Origin: Octopus sinensis
Taxonomy: Eukaryota
Direction: 5' to 3'
NCBI RefSeq assembly: GCF_006345805.1
Contig: NC_043008.1
Span: 77,872,001 to 77,936,000, forward strand
Length of the DNA: 64,000 nt
Shown here: one piece after another, positions 25,030-36,074 of the stretch
Layout: each line of letters starts with the position of its first letter
Numbering within the stretch: the stretch's first letter is position 1
Made by a program: the position numbers and the translations under genes
The notes under the pieces: model-generated
Seen by the model: only the letters and a program-made list of their open reading frames with translations
Told to the model about the DNA's origin: nothing
Databases searched by the model: none

Positions 25030-26915
25030 TTCAAATGAAATGAGAACGGTGTGAATGAGGCTGGAACAACTTGTGAAGGTCTCTCACCTGGCGGGTGCCC
25101 CGCGGGTGAATAGCATGGGCCTAGTTGTCATGAAGCAATTGTTAAAAGAAGATAGACGAAAGAAATGAATAAGGTTAATCCGAGAAATAACAATGAAGTG
25201 CCCGCTAGGGGATTTAGGGAAAGAATGCACAAGGCATGGAGCGACAGAGGCCTATTTGAATTAAGTGATAAAAAGCTGTGTGACCAAGCTACAGCCATTA
25301 GAAAGAATGAATGGTTATCTCCAGTTGAAGTAGAAAGCATTAAGAGACGGGTGCTTAGGGATAGTAAGATCAGCGGTGAACGAAGGATGAGGAAGAGAAT
25401 GCAGATAGTGAAACTATGGCAGTGGAGTTAAAAAAGAAAACGAGAATGAGGCTAAGATTATTGATCAGGAAAGCGATGAGAGAACCGAGGAACAAATATC
25501 CATTTTTAATGAAATCATTGATATTTGGACCTCTGGTGAACAGAACTTTCATGCGGGGTTTAAAATGCAGACAGAAGGAAACTCAATGAATGGGTCAGGA
25601 AGATAAATAATATGACTGGTGATATCAGGACTGACAACATCACAGACACCAACAATCTGATAAATAAAATTTCAATCTTTATAGCCCGAAAGTTAGGTTT
25701 AAAAACCAAAGGCAAATGTCAACATAACCTGAAGGAACCATGTTGGAATAGGAGAATGACACAGTCTGAAAACGAGGCCAGAAAGCATATTAATACTCTG
25801 GAACTGAAAAAGAGAAATGAAGTCCGCGAGAGAAATATGTTGAGCTAGAGAAGAAGTATAGGATGAAAAGAAAAGGAATCAATGTTGTGATTGAGAAATT
25901 AAAAGAGAGGTTGAAAGCTAAAGCACATAAACTAAAGAAATATGAACAGAAAATTGAGCAGTACAGATTAAACAGACTTTTCGAATAAAATCAGAAACGA
26001 GTCTATCAGGAAGTGGATGGGAAAGAAAATAGTGAAAAAACCATGCCGGATGCTGAAGAAAGTAAAAGATTCTGATCAAACATATGGTCTCAGGAGAAAC
26101 AACACGAAACTGAAGTAGAATGGCTAAAGACACTCAAAGAGGAGAGTGGAGAGTATCAGCAGGAGGAATTGAGAATAACCGAGGGGATGCTGAGAGATCA
26201 GTGCAGGAAAATTCCTAACTGGAAAGCACCTGGCCCAGATGGGGTTCAGGGCCTTTGGCTTAAAAATTTGACAGCTCTACACAGGAGAATTGCGAGACAG
26301 CTGCACGACATACTGAATATTGACATTCAAGTACCGGCCTGGGTGACAAAAGGGAGAAGACAATATGACAAAAAGAAGACAATTATGTTGTTTGGGGAGG
26401 GTCATATTGTCTTAACGCCTTATTATCTAACACACTCAACAGTTCCATTTCCACTCATATTTTTTCTTGCTCTCAAAATATGATAAAAGCATTAACTCGC
26501 CACAGTGTAGGATGTGCTCTGATAAGGGGAAAAGTATAAGCCATATTGTTAGTAAGTGCTGTAAGCTCGCACAACGCGAATATAAAGGAGACACGACAAT
26601 GTGGCTAGATATGTCCACTGACTGTTTTGCGGTAAAGCAAACCTCGAGAGAGCCGAACAATTGTGTGAACACAAACCAGAGGGAGTAATAGAAAACGAAC
26701 ATTATAAAATACCCTGGGATTTTAACATGCAGTGCGACCAAGTCATAGAGGCGAGAGGACCAGATATCGTGCTCATCCATAAAGATGAAAAAGAATTAAA
26801 GATAATAGATGCTGCAATATTAGGCGTTTCGAGGGTGAAATGTAAGGAAACAGAAAAGATTGAGAAATACCAACCACTGCGGGACGAGATAGGAAAGTCT
26901 TTGAATCACAGGTGA
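25030..26915 (+). mobile_element. R4/Dong-clade LINE retaining the N-terminus and RLE but lacking the RT core
   Basis: RGFRERMHKAW..KKLCDQATAIRKNEWLS (R4-type N-terminus), NWKAPGPDGVQG, CRMC...ISHIVSKC, WDFNMQCDQVIEARGPDIV, KIEKYQPL. Confidence 0.85.
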
Positions 26916-27329
26916 AGGCACTACTTGAAACCTTTGGCGATTTGTTGTTGCCTGCTTTTAAGTAAAGAATAACCGGTACGTGTGTGTGTGTATTTGTGTG
27001 TGTACCTTTGTCTCCTTGTGTGTGCGTGTTCGAGTGTGTTTATGTATATAGGTTTGCGTGACTATGTACTTGCGTTTGTTATGTATGGATGTGCGTTTCC
27101 ATATGTATCTTTTTGAGTATGATTGTGTGTGGAGTATGTGTGTGTGTATGATCATGTGTTTCCGTCTCCTTTTGTGTGTGTGTATGTGTGTGTGCTTGTT
27201 TATCTGTATTACCTGCGTACCTAACTATTATCTACTTACCTATGCATCTATCTGTTTACTTGCATAACCATTTACCTACATACCTATGTATAACCTATAC
27301 AACCATGATTGCACATACTATAGGAGCTA

Positions 27330-28600
27330 GCGTAAGAACCATATAGTGAAGCTTGACAGGAAATTATACATGCAGATTCAAGGTACAGCACTTGGTGTCG
27401 GTATGAGTGGAGACGTGGTTGACTTCTTCATGACCTGGTGGGACAGAAAACTTACACAGTCCCTAGCTAAACAATCAAAACTGTATTACTTTACTGCAGA
27501 TATGTAGATAACTAGGACGAACCCTAGTAAATGTAGTGTAGAAACAGTGAGGAGCATAGCGGAGAGCATCCAGCATGAAGCTAACTCCATCCACCGAAGT
27601 ATCAAGGTAACTATAAATTACCCCACGAGGTGCCCTATCAATAGACTACCTGTCCTTGATACTGAACTTTGGTTAGAGACTGTAAACAACCGAGTGCAAT
27701 TCCTCCACTCCTATTACATGGAACCCATAGCTCCTAAACATGTCGTTTACAAGAACTCAGCTTTGTCACACAATACGAAAATCAATTTACTGATAGCAGA
27801 CTTAATTCGGATAATGAATAACATGTCCTCTCTATGCGAACCCCATGAAACAAGGAAATATGTAGATAATTTCATGCGCCGCATGCAATTCTCTGCATAT
27901 GACCAGAAAGACAGGATTCGTGTATACAGGGGAACTAGAAGGAAGTTAGCACTATATGTAATGAAGCCAGTGGTGTCCTAGATACAGAAGTAAAGACTAG
28001 AATAATATACAGAGAGTTTGTGACAAAACAAACGAAGTAAACACATGGTACAGGGCTGGCAAATATCAAAGATTGACGTTTGAAGAGGTCACACCCCATG
28101 GGGAACTAGCCCATAGATTTTAAAAAAACTCTGAAGGAGACCAAACTCAACATTAAGATTGTTGAAAAGCCAGGGAGCTCCATTAGATTGTAGTTACGTT
28201 GGACGTACCCATTCGGAAATATTACATACACTAATGAAAACTGCTTGGTATGTAAGATTAACCCTGGCATAAAGTGCATTAACTGTAGAACTAGAAAAGC
28301 ACAAAGTGCATAGAGGTTACTTGTAAAGACAAGAACACGGCATATATTGAAAAACATCTAGAAGTATTGCCAAGAGATTAAATTAATACACTTGAGGCAA
28401 TATGATGACAAAAAAGGTATTCCATACTCTACCAGCATGCCAAAGACGAGCATAGAGGCACACTGGGTCGACTTGACATACGAATTTTATCCAAGCACCC
28501 AAAAGACCCATCACCCAGGCAAATACAGGAGTACGTCATCATAAATGAAACATCCACTGTGCTAAATAAGAAATACACATAGAAGGTAGTAATACCCCAA
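27330..28600 (+). mobile_element. Degenerate Penelope-like element (RT + GIY-YIG)
   Basis: QIQGTALG.GMSG, LPVLDTELW, H.YY..P.A...V...SALS..TK (RT thumb), and the C-terminal HAKDEH..IRILSKHPKDP.PRQIQEYVIIN...LN. Confidence 0.75.
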
Positions 28601-28822
28601 TACCCGTAATATATACATATGTGTTTGTATTGGAGCTTCTAGCGCGAATGGCAAGCATGTCGCTTCCAAATTCCTCGCAGAGTAAATTCCGTCATAGTGC
28701 TGTTTTTCTCAGCACCATGACGCAATCTGACTCTACTATATTGTATAGTCGATAAAATCAAAAACAAGCAATGCGCATGCATGAAATTAAAGAAATATAA
28801 AATGGCGATAACTTACATATAC

Positions 28823-28860
<38 letters not shown>

Positions 28861-29180
28861 CCTTTATCAAAATTTGCGTTGCTAGATTCCTGATGTGAAT
28901 TTGAATATTGAAACAGATATTGTGTTTCGTGATGGTCATTTTTTTTGCCAAATAAACAAACGCACTGTATATTTGTTCTTCACTCGTTTATTACTATTCT
29001 TTTTTTTTTATTTAACTCATGTATATTGTCCAGAAATCTTTGGTCACACATGTGTGACCATTTCAGCGACACTTTTTGTTTTCGTGTGTGCTCATGCTCC
29101 AATACTTCATTCTGTTCTTCTAAGATGTGTATCAATATGGTGCGCATGCGTTTGCGTCCGTATTTGAGTGTGTGTTTGTG

Positions 29181-29455
29181 TGTTACCTACTTTGATCCTC
29201 CGCAAAATCCTAAATTTTATTTAATTTACTTTGCATAAGCAGCTGCTTTATCGAAAGCGTATATTGTTGTTAAATGCTCGAAATACGAGACTAGAAAAAC
29301 AGCCAACAACTGATGAAGGGTCGTTCTTTATGTTGTTTGTTTTGTTTTCCATTTGTGTCTTTCGTAGTTCGAAAGAATACTTCTTGTTACATGTACTCAT
29401 GCTTCGTACTTTTTGTTGTACACATTTTGTGACGTCATGCACCCACGTATGCATA
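29181..29455 (+). repeat. Direct repeat copy 1 (putative Penelope terminal repeat)
   Basis: ttacctactttgatcctccgcaa...gacgtcatgcaccc is duplicated at 29963-30205. Confidence 0.75.
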
Positions 29456-29962
29456 TATATTTATATATATATATATATACATATAGCAATAATAAATCTC
29501 TGAACGAGATGTAAACAGTAACCGCTCGACAACGTAAAGTGTAATAGCCACCTTATTAGTGTACATATACGTATGTATATATGCGTATATATATTATTTA
29601 TATATGCATATATATTATATAATTGAACGCCACGCATCCTTTTCCAGGTAAGTTTTGTCTTAATATTTCTGATGCGCGCTGTATACGATCTTTTTACTCT
29701 TTCGTTTTTCTCTCTTCTTCTCTATCTTATTCTTTTATCTCCTCTTCTCCCACTATTCTATCCTATTACTCTGTCACGCCCTCTCCCTCACTCCTCCTCC
29801 CTTGCTCACGTGGATCCCACGTGACCATCGGCCATATTTCTTTCTTTCTCTCCTTTGGATCTGGAGCAAGGAAGACGTGTTTTTGTATGTCTCCTTTCTT
29901 AGATTGATTTACGCGTTCGCCACCACAACCTCGTTTAGGCTTAGCAGCCCTTCATGTTTGTA

Positions 29963-30204
29963 TTACCTACTTTGACCCTCCGCAAGATCCCAAATTTTAT
30001 TTAATTTGCTTTGCGGGAGCAACTGCTTTATCGAATGCGTATATTGTTGTTAAATGCTCGAAATACGAGACTAGAAAACAGCCAACAACTCATGAAGTGT
30101 TGTTGTTCATGTTGTTCCATTTGTGTCTTTCGTTGTTCATGCTCCATGTACTAGTGCTTCGTACTTTTTGTTGTACACTTTTCGTGACGTCCTGTGCCCA
30201 CATA

Positions 30205-30205
<1 letters not shown>
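29963..30205 (+). repeat. Direct repeat copy 2
   Basis: Colinear, diverged copy of 29181-29455. Confidence 0.75.
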
Positions 30206-30241
<36 letters not shown>

Positions 30242-30257
30242 GTACAGATGTAGGTAT

Positions 30258-30356
<99 letters not shown>

Positions 30357-30502
30357 TGCATGAGGCAGAGATGTTGTTGCCTCTGTCAATAATAAATACT
30401 TTACACATTTATTATAATACTTTACAAGTAATTAAGAAGTCTGATGTTCAATGTGAATGCTAATGCAAATAGTAATATAAGATTATAAACTTCTTTTTTT
30501 AC

Positions 30503-30508
30503 TTTATT
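30503..30508 (-). terminator. Candidate polyadenylation signal of the kelch gene (alternative at 30408-30413)
   Basis: AATAAA on the minus strand about 260 and 355 nt after the stop codon. Confidence 0.35.
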
Positions 30509-30762
30509 ATAGACATTAATAATTCATCTGTCAGAGCCCTTTAAACACTAACAGTTCAATGTTATGGATACGTTATAAACTCGACTAAAAATTGAATCAA
30601 TTTAACTGAACAGGGGACCTAAGATAATAATCTTAGTTGACAGAGTTATAATGTAAACATTTGAGCATTTATGGCTTAGCTGAAGCTAGAAAAGATCTGG
30701 ATTCTTCAGAGTAAAAAGTTTTCTGTATGAAAAATATTTTGAAAAAATTTCGAAATTGCTGA

Positions 30763-30865
30763 TTATTTGTGTTTTCGAGTAATATATTTCTTTACATTTG
30801 GTAAGCCTTTGACAACACAAGTATTTAGAGCACTTCTGTGGAGGTTTAATTCACAAGTATCATAC
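30763..30865 (-). CDS. KLHL10: Kelch-like protein 10 homologue, last coding exon
   Basis: Acceptor tttttgtactttcAG, phase 2 completing TG|G; (W)YDTCELNLHRSALNTCVVKGLPNVKKYITRKHK* resembles the recalled KLHL10 C-terminus WYDAHDMSIYRSALSCCVVPGLANVEEY. Confidence 0.88.
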
Positions 30866-31329
30866 CTGAAAGTACAAAAAGAAAAGAACAGTCAATAGTA
30901 AATGCCAGTAATATTAACTATAAATGGAATAATCGTTTGGAAGCAGCTACCAGACCACTTCTTAGGTTTAAATTTTTCTTCCGCTATCTGCTCTTTATCA
31001 CAACAAAATGAATAAGTAGTGACTAAAGCTTTTAATTAAGAATTCACAAGATTAATTTCCTTTTACATTCTTACGACTTCTAAGAATACTTGAATGCAGT
31101 CGTACAGTTTAAGGGACATTCACACAAAGCTATATGCAGTTCTGTACATCTTATAGTTTTCCTTTGTCTAGTGGCAGTGATGAAAGATGTTGTTTGGTGG
31201 ACACGTCTAAAAGTCATGAAGACAGATACATTGCTCTGTACATATGTGTAGCTAGAAAAATTTACTGGTTAATATTCTTGAGCAAGGCCACTGCACATTG
31301 AAGATTATGTGACTGATCCATCGAACAGA

Positions 31330-31780
31330 AACTAACAATCCCTACTGCGACTCCAACCTTGCGTATAATATATATATATGAAAGAGTACTGGTTGAATGT
31401 CCCAGTGAAAACCTCAGTAAAATTTAAATACAATAGACTAGACATAAGGATTTGTGACAGAGAAGAGAAACTATGTACTGTAGAGGAAAACAGCTGCCAG
31501 TGGATATCAACATAAAGCTAAAGATTGGTAAAAAAAGAAAACACCTATACTGATCTGTTGAGAAACTTATAGCTACGCTACTCGGATTCCAAGTTCAGTT
31601 TATACCTGTAATTATTTGGGGACTAGGATATGTAACACGCCTAAGCAGCAATCCTGAAAATTATGTCTCTCAAAATCAGAAAGGAGAAAATTAATTAATT
31701 AAAACTACAGATTCAAGTTATCAGTGGAACTATAAAAAATTATAAATCTTTTCTGACGTTTAGCATTTGAGTGTGTATGC
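31330..31780 (+). mobile_element. Old RLE-type non-LTR retrotransposon 3' relic
   Basis: Frameshifted YWLNVPVK...NRLDIRICDREEKLCTVEE.SCPVDINI..K..KENTY..L....FIPVIIWGLGYV resembles an RLE domain. Confidence 0.6.
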
Positions 31781-32049
31781 ACATGTCTAGACATGCATCG
31801 ATATGCATGAGGATGTATACATAAAACAAAATATACAAGCCTTTAGACCTGTATGTTTTATTTCTTGCAAGGACTCCAAATATTGCACACAAATACACAC
31901 GCAAATACCCTGTTGATGTTGTTGAAATTCCAATGAAGGAGCATTGGACCTATGTTAGAAACCGATTCTTTCTCTCTTGGCAAGATATTTCGAAATAAAA
32001 CTTAATAACATACATACGTATACACACACACACACACACACACACATAC

Positions 32050-32084
<35 letters not shown>

Positions 32085-32619
32085 TGTATGTATGTATGTA
32101 TGTATGTATGTATGTACGTGCGTACGTATCAAAATATGTATGTATCTTTGTATTTATGCATGCATGTCTGCATGTTTACTTCATCATACTTCTCATTTGT
32201 TTTTCAAAAATGTGACCTTGGTATCCACCTGAGGTTTAGACCATCAGATAAGGTCTTTGAGCTACCTAAGGAGATTCAACTGGAACTATAAGACATGTAA
32301 AACTTTGGCTTCTAAACTGGTTTTTATTTTTATAGATGACAGTAGTTTCGGTGCTCAAATAAAACAGATATATAACTTGCAATAGATCAATTTCCAATAG
32401 TGTGTGCCGCATTTAGTTTCATAATCTTGAAGAAAGTAAAAAGCAAAGCTAGCTCCTGGATCAAGTGTGCCCAATATTAAAGATAAAATCTTCAGAAACG
32501 GCACAAGACTGAAGGTTATGACATATTATTTCTTGAGAAAATGTTTTCAGGAGATATATGTCTAATACTGAATGCCACTAACAAATCCAAAAGACTTTGA
32601 AAAGTTAGACAACAAATCG

Positions 32620-32830
32620 TGTGGTCAGATAGTGATATCATCTTTCGATTTAAAGTTAGTGTATATAAAACACGTGATCTAAGGCCCTACTGCATTAGTC
32701 CAACTATATTATCAGACCATCGAATCATCATTCGACTTGTGTGTATAAGTCTTATGATCCGATGGACCTTCTGTATGACTTCACACAAAGTTATTTTCGA
32801 TAAATCTTATGATATGTTGGGCCTCCTGTA
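32620..32830 (+). repeat. Two copies of an approximately 87-bp degenerate unit, same family as 35075-35840
   Basis: gtgatatcatctttcgatttaaagttagtgtatataaaac matches gtgacatcaccaatcgacttaaagttggtgtctataaaac at about 35275. Confidence 0.7.
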
Positions 32831-33647
32831 TTAGTTCGACTGAATAATCAGGTAGAAAAATCTTCGTTTGACTTAATGCTAGAGTCTACAAGACTCTATA
32901 GATCCTACAACAATTTCAGGGTAGCTAATCCATAAGTGGCTCATGGAAATATGTTGGCCGAGGTCCTTTATCTTAGATTAGTTTATATATAAGTTAAATA
33001 AAAAAAATTCAAGTTTTATAATTATTTACAGGATATGAATTTATACCTGCAGTGTAATGATGTGGGGGTAACGGTTTTCTTACTTTTGCAGGAAGAGTGA
33101 ACACCGATCTTTAACCATTTCAAATAAATCCAAATATAAAATTGTTATAAACTTTCTAATTCCCATCCTTGTACTTTAGTCTTGTACTCTGACTTTTTTA
33201 ATCATGTTTCTCATTGGGGTAGTAACCAGGTAGATATATATAAGTGTATAAGGGTATATTGCTCATATGTGAAATCTTATTTTCAACACTCTCTTTCAAA
33301 ACACGCTGCAGTGTCACACACTTAAATATGACAACAGATGGGAAATTTTGTTTGATGCATCTTCTCTTTCTCTCACATTTCATTTTTCCCAGGGGCATTG
33401 TCGCATTATCTACTTAGAATAATATTGATATCGTTTACTAACTCAATAGTTTATATAATTTTATTTCATGATGGAGGCTTTCATACAGTAATGAGCAACA
33501 GAAACGATTCTAAACAACAATGGTGCAAAGAGCGTAGGAGGGAGGTGCATTTAAAAAATTTTAAGGAAGAAAGTATTACAGAAGAATATTAGAAAGCTCA
33601 GCTCAGGGGTAAGACGGTTAAATATTTGAGTACATGGGGGAGGGAGA

Positions 33648-34760
33648 GACTGGTCGCAGATGACTTTATGAGTTTAGCTCCGACCGCCCTCGTGTCTAGT
33701 ACATTAACGCAGCGTAATACAAGCTGGTCAACTGTACGTACTTAATTGGGAGACTTTGGATAACATTATAAGTGTCTGGGAAAAATTTGCGAAAGAAGAT
33801 GGCGTCACAAAAATGTAAGAAACAGACATTTTGAGCCAGAGTAGAAGGAAGATTTTGCATTCACTATTAAAGGAGGTAAATCTTTGTGCCTTATCCGCTA
33901 ATGGCACTTAGTCATTACAAGCCCAGTAACTTGAAACGCCACAATAAAACAAATCACAGAAACATGCGAAAATGTTGAAGCCCATTATAACTTTTATAGC
34001 AAAGAAAAGCTTCTATCGTCAGCTAGAAAAAGCTGAATAGATGCAAGATCTGATATTCTTTACTGATATAATGAATCACCTACAAACTTTCAGCTTGACA
34101 CTCCAAGGGACGGATAAGATTATTTCTGAAGATACTCAGAAAGTTTTCAGCTTTCAGCTTAAAATAAAACCTCTTCAAGCAGACATTGTCAAGGTATTTC
34201 CTTCATTCTCTCTATCTCAGAAGAGCAAACATATTATGTGATATACTGAACGAAAAAGAAAAGACCACAAACTGGAAGAGTGAAAGTATAAATTACATGG
34301 ACTGGTTAATAATTTCCAAACCAGGTTCAATGACTTGTAGAAGACGATGGCCTGCTTCATCTCTCTTTTAAATCCATTCATTATTGATGTAGTTAATGAT
34401 GGTTGTCTTATTTTGAAACCTCTGGTTATATAATCATCTGCTTTGGAAATGGAACTAATGAATTACAAGTGGACATGGGTCTAATGATGGCCCATGAATC
34501 TCAATCTTGAAATGAATTCCGGAGACAATTTCCAGAAATGAAATATCCTGAACTGAAGAAAACTAGAGTCGCCTCAATTTTTAATACAACATGCTGCTAG
34601 GAATCAGTGTACTTTGTAATGAAGTTTGAGAAATTAAAGTATTGTTTCAAACCTTATGGCCCACTATATAACTGAACTGATTGATTTGTACGGCTTTGAC
34701 AGCATATCAGCTAGGTTTTCAGTGACTTGCGGTCAAGATGGCAAACTGCAAGACCTTAGT
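33648..34760 (+). mobile_element. Degenerate hAT (SPIN/Buster/GTF2IRD2-like) transposon
   Basis: DLIFFTDIMNHLQTFSLTLQG..K..S...QKVFSFQLKIK and a degenerate C-terminal T.C.ES..FVMK; possible end sequences tggtcgcag / cttgcggtc. Confidence 0.65.
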
Positions 34761-35074
34761 AGTAAATAACAGTTTTAATAGCCTGATATTTGTTGCAATG
34801 TTTATTTGTCATAAAAATATTATGATGGGACTTCGAAAGATAGGATATGATTAGACATCTCTAATTTTATTGGTTTGCCCTTTACATGTTTTCTTTCATG
34901 TCTTGTCCAGATATTTACTATAATAAATAAATATCATTAACAATATATTTTTCTCACTTTTCAGTTTTATTTATAGCAGTATATTTTTATGTTTTTAAAT
35001 GTTTCCGTTGTTCATTACCATATTAAATACGCTAAAACTTGCGTATTGGTTTGAATATAGTCAGAAAGTTTCAT

Positions 35075-35840
35075 CATCATTCGACTTAAAAATTAGTGTC
35101 CCACGATCCTGATGGCCCTACTTTATTGGTCCAACAGGGACAAGATCATTCGACTTAAATTTATTGTCTATAAAACCTGTAATTTCTCGGCTTTGTAGTT
35201 TTGGTCTGTCGATATATTCAGACATTGGCAGCAATGACCCCCGACCCTATTAGTTTGCCTATTTAGTGAGATGGTGACATCACCAATCGACTTAAAGTTG
35301 GTGTCTATAAAACTTCTGATCTGACTCCCCTAATATTTGGGTCCGATTATAGAGTCAAATTGTGACATCATCATTTGACATGAAAGTCAGAGTCTATGAA
35401 ACTAGTGACCTGATAATCCAACTATATTGGTTCGATTTCATAGTTAGATCGTGATATCATTCGACTGAAACTTGGTGTCTTTGAGATTTGTGATCTGACG
35501 GCCGTACAGTAGTGAATCTAGTGTATATTCAACGTTCAGACGATACTTCCAATTGTTTGTGAGTCCTCACAAACTTCATTCAAATTATTCTGTCACGATC
35601 TAACTATAAAATCAATCCAATACAATTGGATTATTAGATCACAAGTTTCATAACTTTCATGTCAAATGATGATGCCACGATTTGCATCTATAATCGGACT
35701 CAAACATTAGGGGCGCCAGATCATGTTTTATAGACACTAACTTTAAGTCTAATGATGATGTCACAATCTGATAAATTAATCAAACTAATACAGTTGGAGT
35801 CATCGCTGCCAATATCTGAATATATAGACAGACCAAAACA
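35075..35840. repeat. Foldback structure: degenerate 70-90 bp tandem units with about 250-bp inverted arms
   Basis: 35198-35455 is an imperfect reverse complement of 35592-35839. Confidence 0.8.
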
Positions 35841-36074
35841 AATTACATGACTCAAAGGCAATACATTTGTGAGTTCATGGCACATACTCAAGTTTGTGAG
35901 TCTGAGGCACATACTCAAGTCAAGTGGAAATTTTAAAATCAGACACTGAAGTACTATAAATAGCTGAGTGCCTCACCATTGTATCAGATATCATCAGGAG
36001 TCATACATTCTCATTAATTATATAAAATCAGTTCTATAAAACGTCGAGTAACTATGTAGCCTTGGTTAGTTATA

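Noticed and set aside
25070-25130. HDV-like ribozyme at the 5' end of the R4-clade element (and of element E)
   Set aside because: A P3/L3-like hairpin can be drawn, but I could not find consistent P1/P2 pairings or the catalytic C. A descriptor search would be needed.
28680-28740. Stem-loop cgtcatagtgctg...cagcaccatgacg after the first Penelope relic
   Set aside because: A real hairpin, but it has no ribozyme core or other diagnostic feature, so no function is assigned.
31925-31990. Hammerhead-like gaaaccgatt motif
   Set aside because: No CUGANGA-type core and no stem I pairing.
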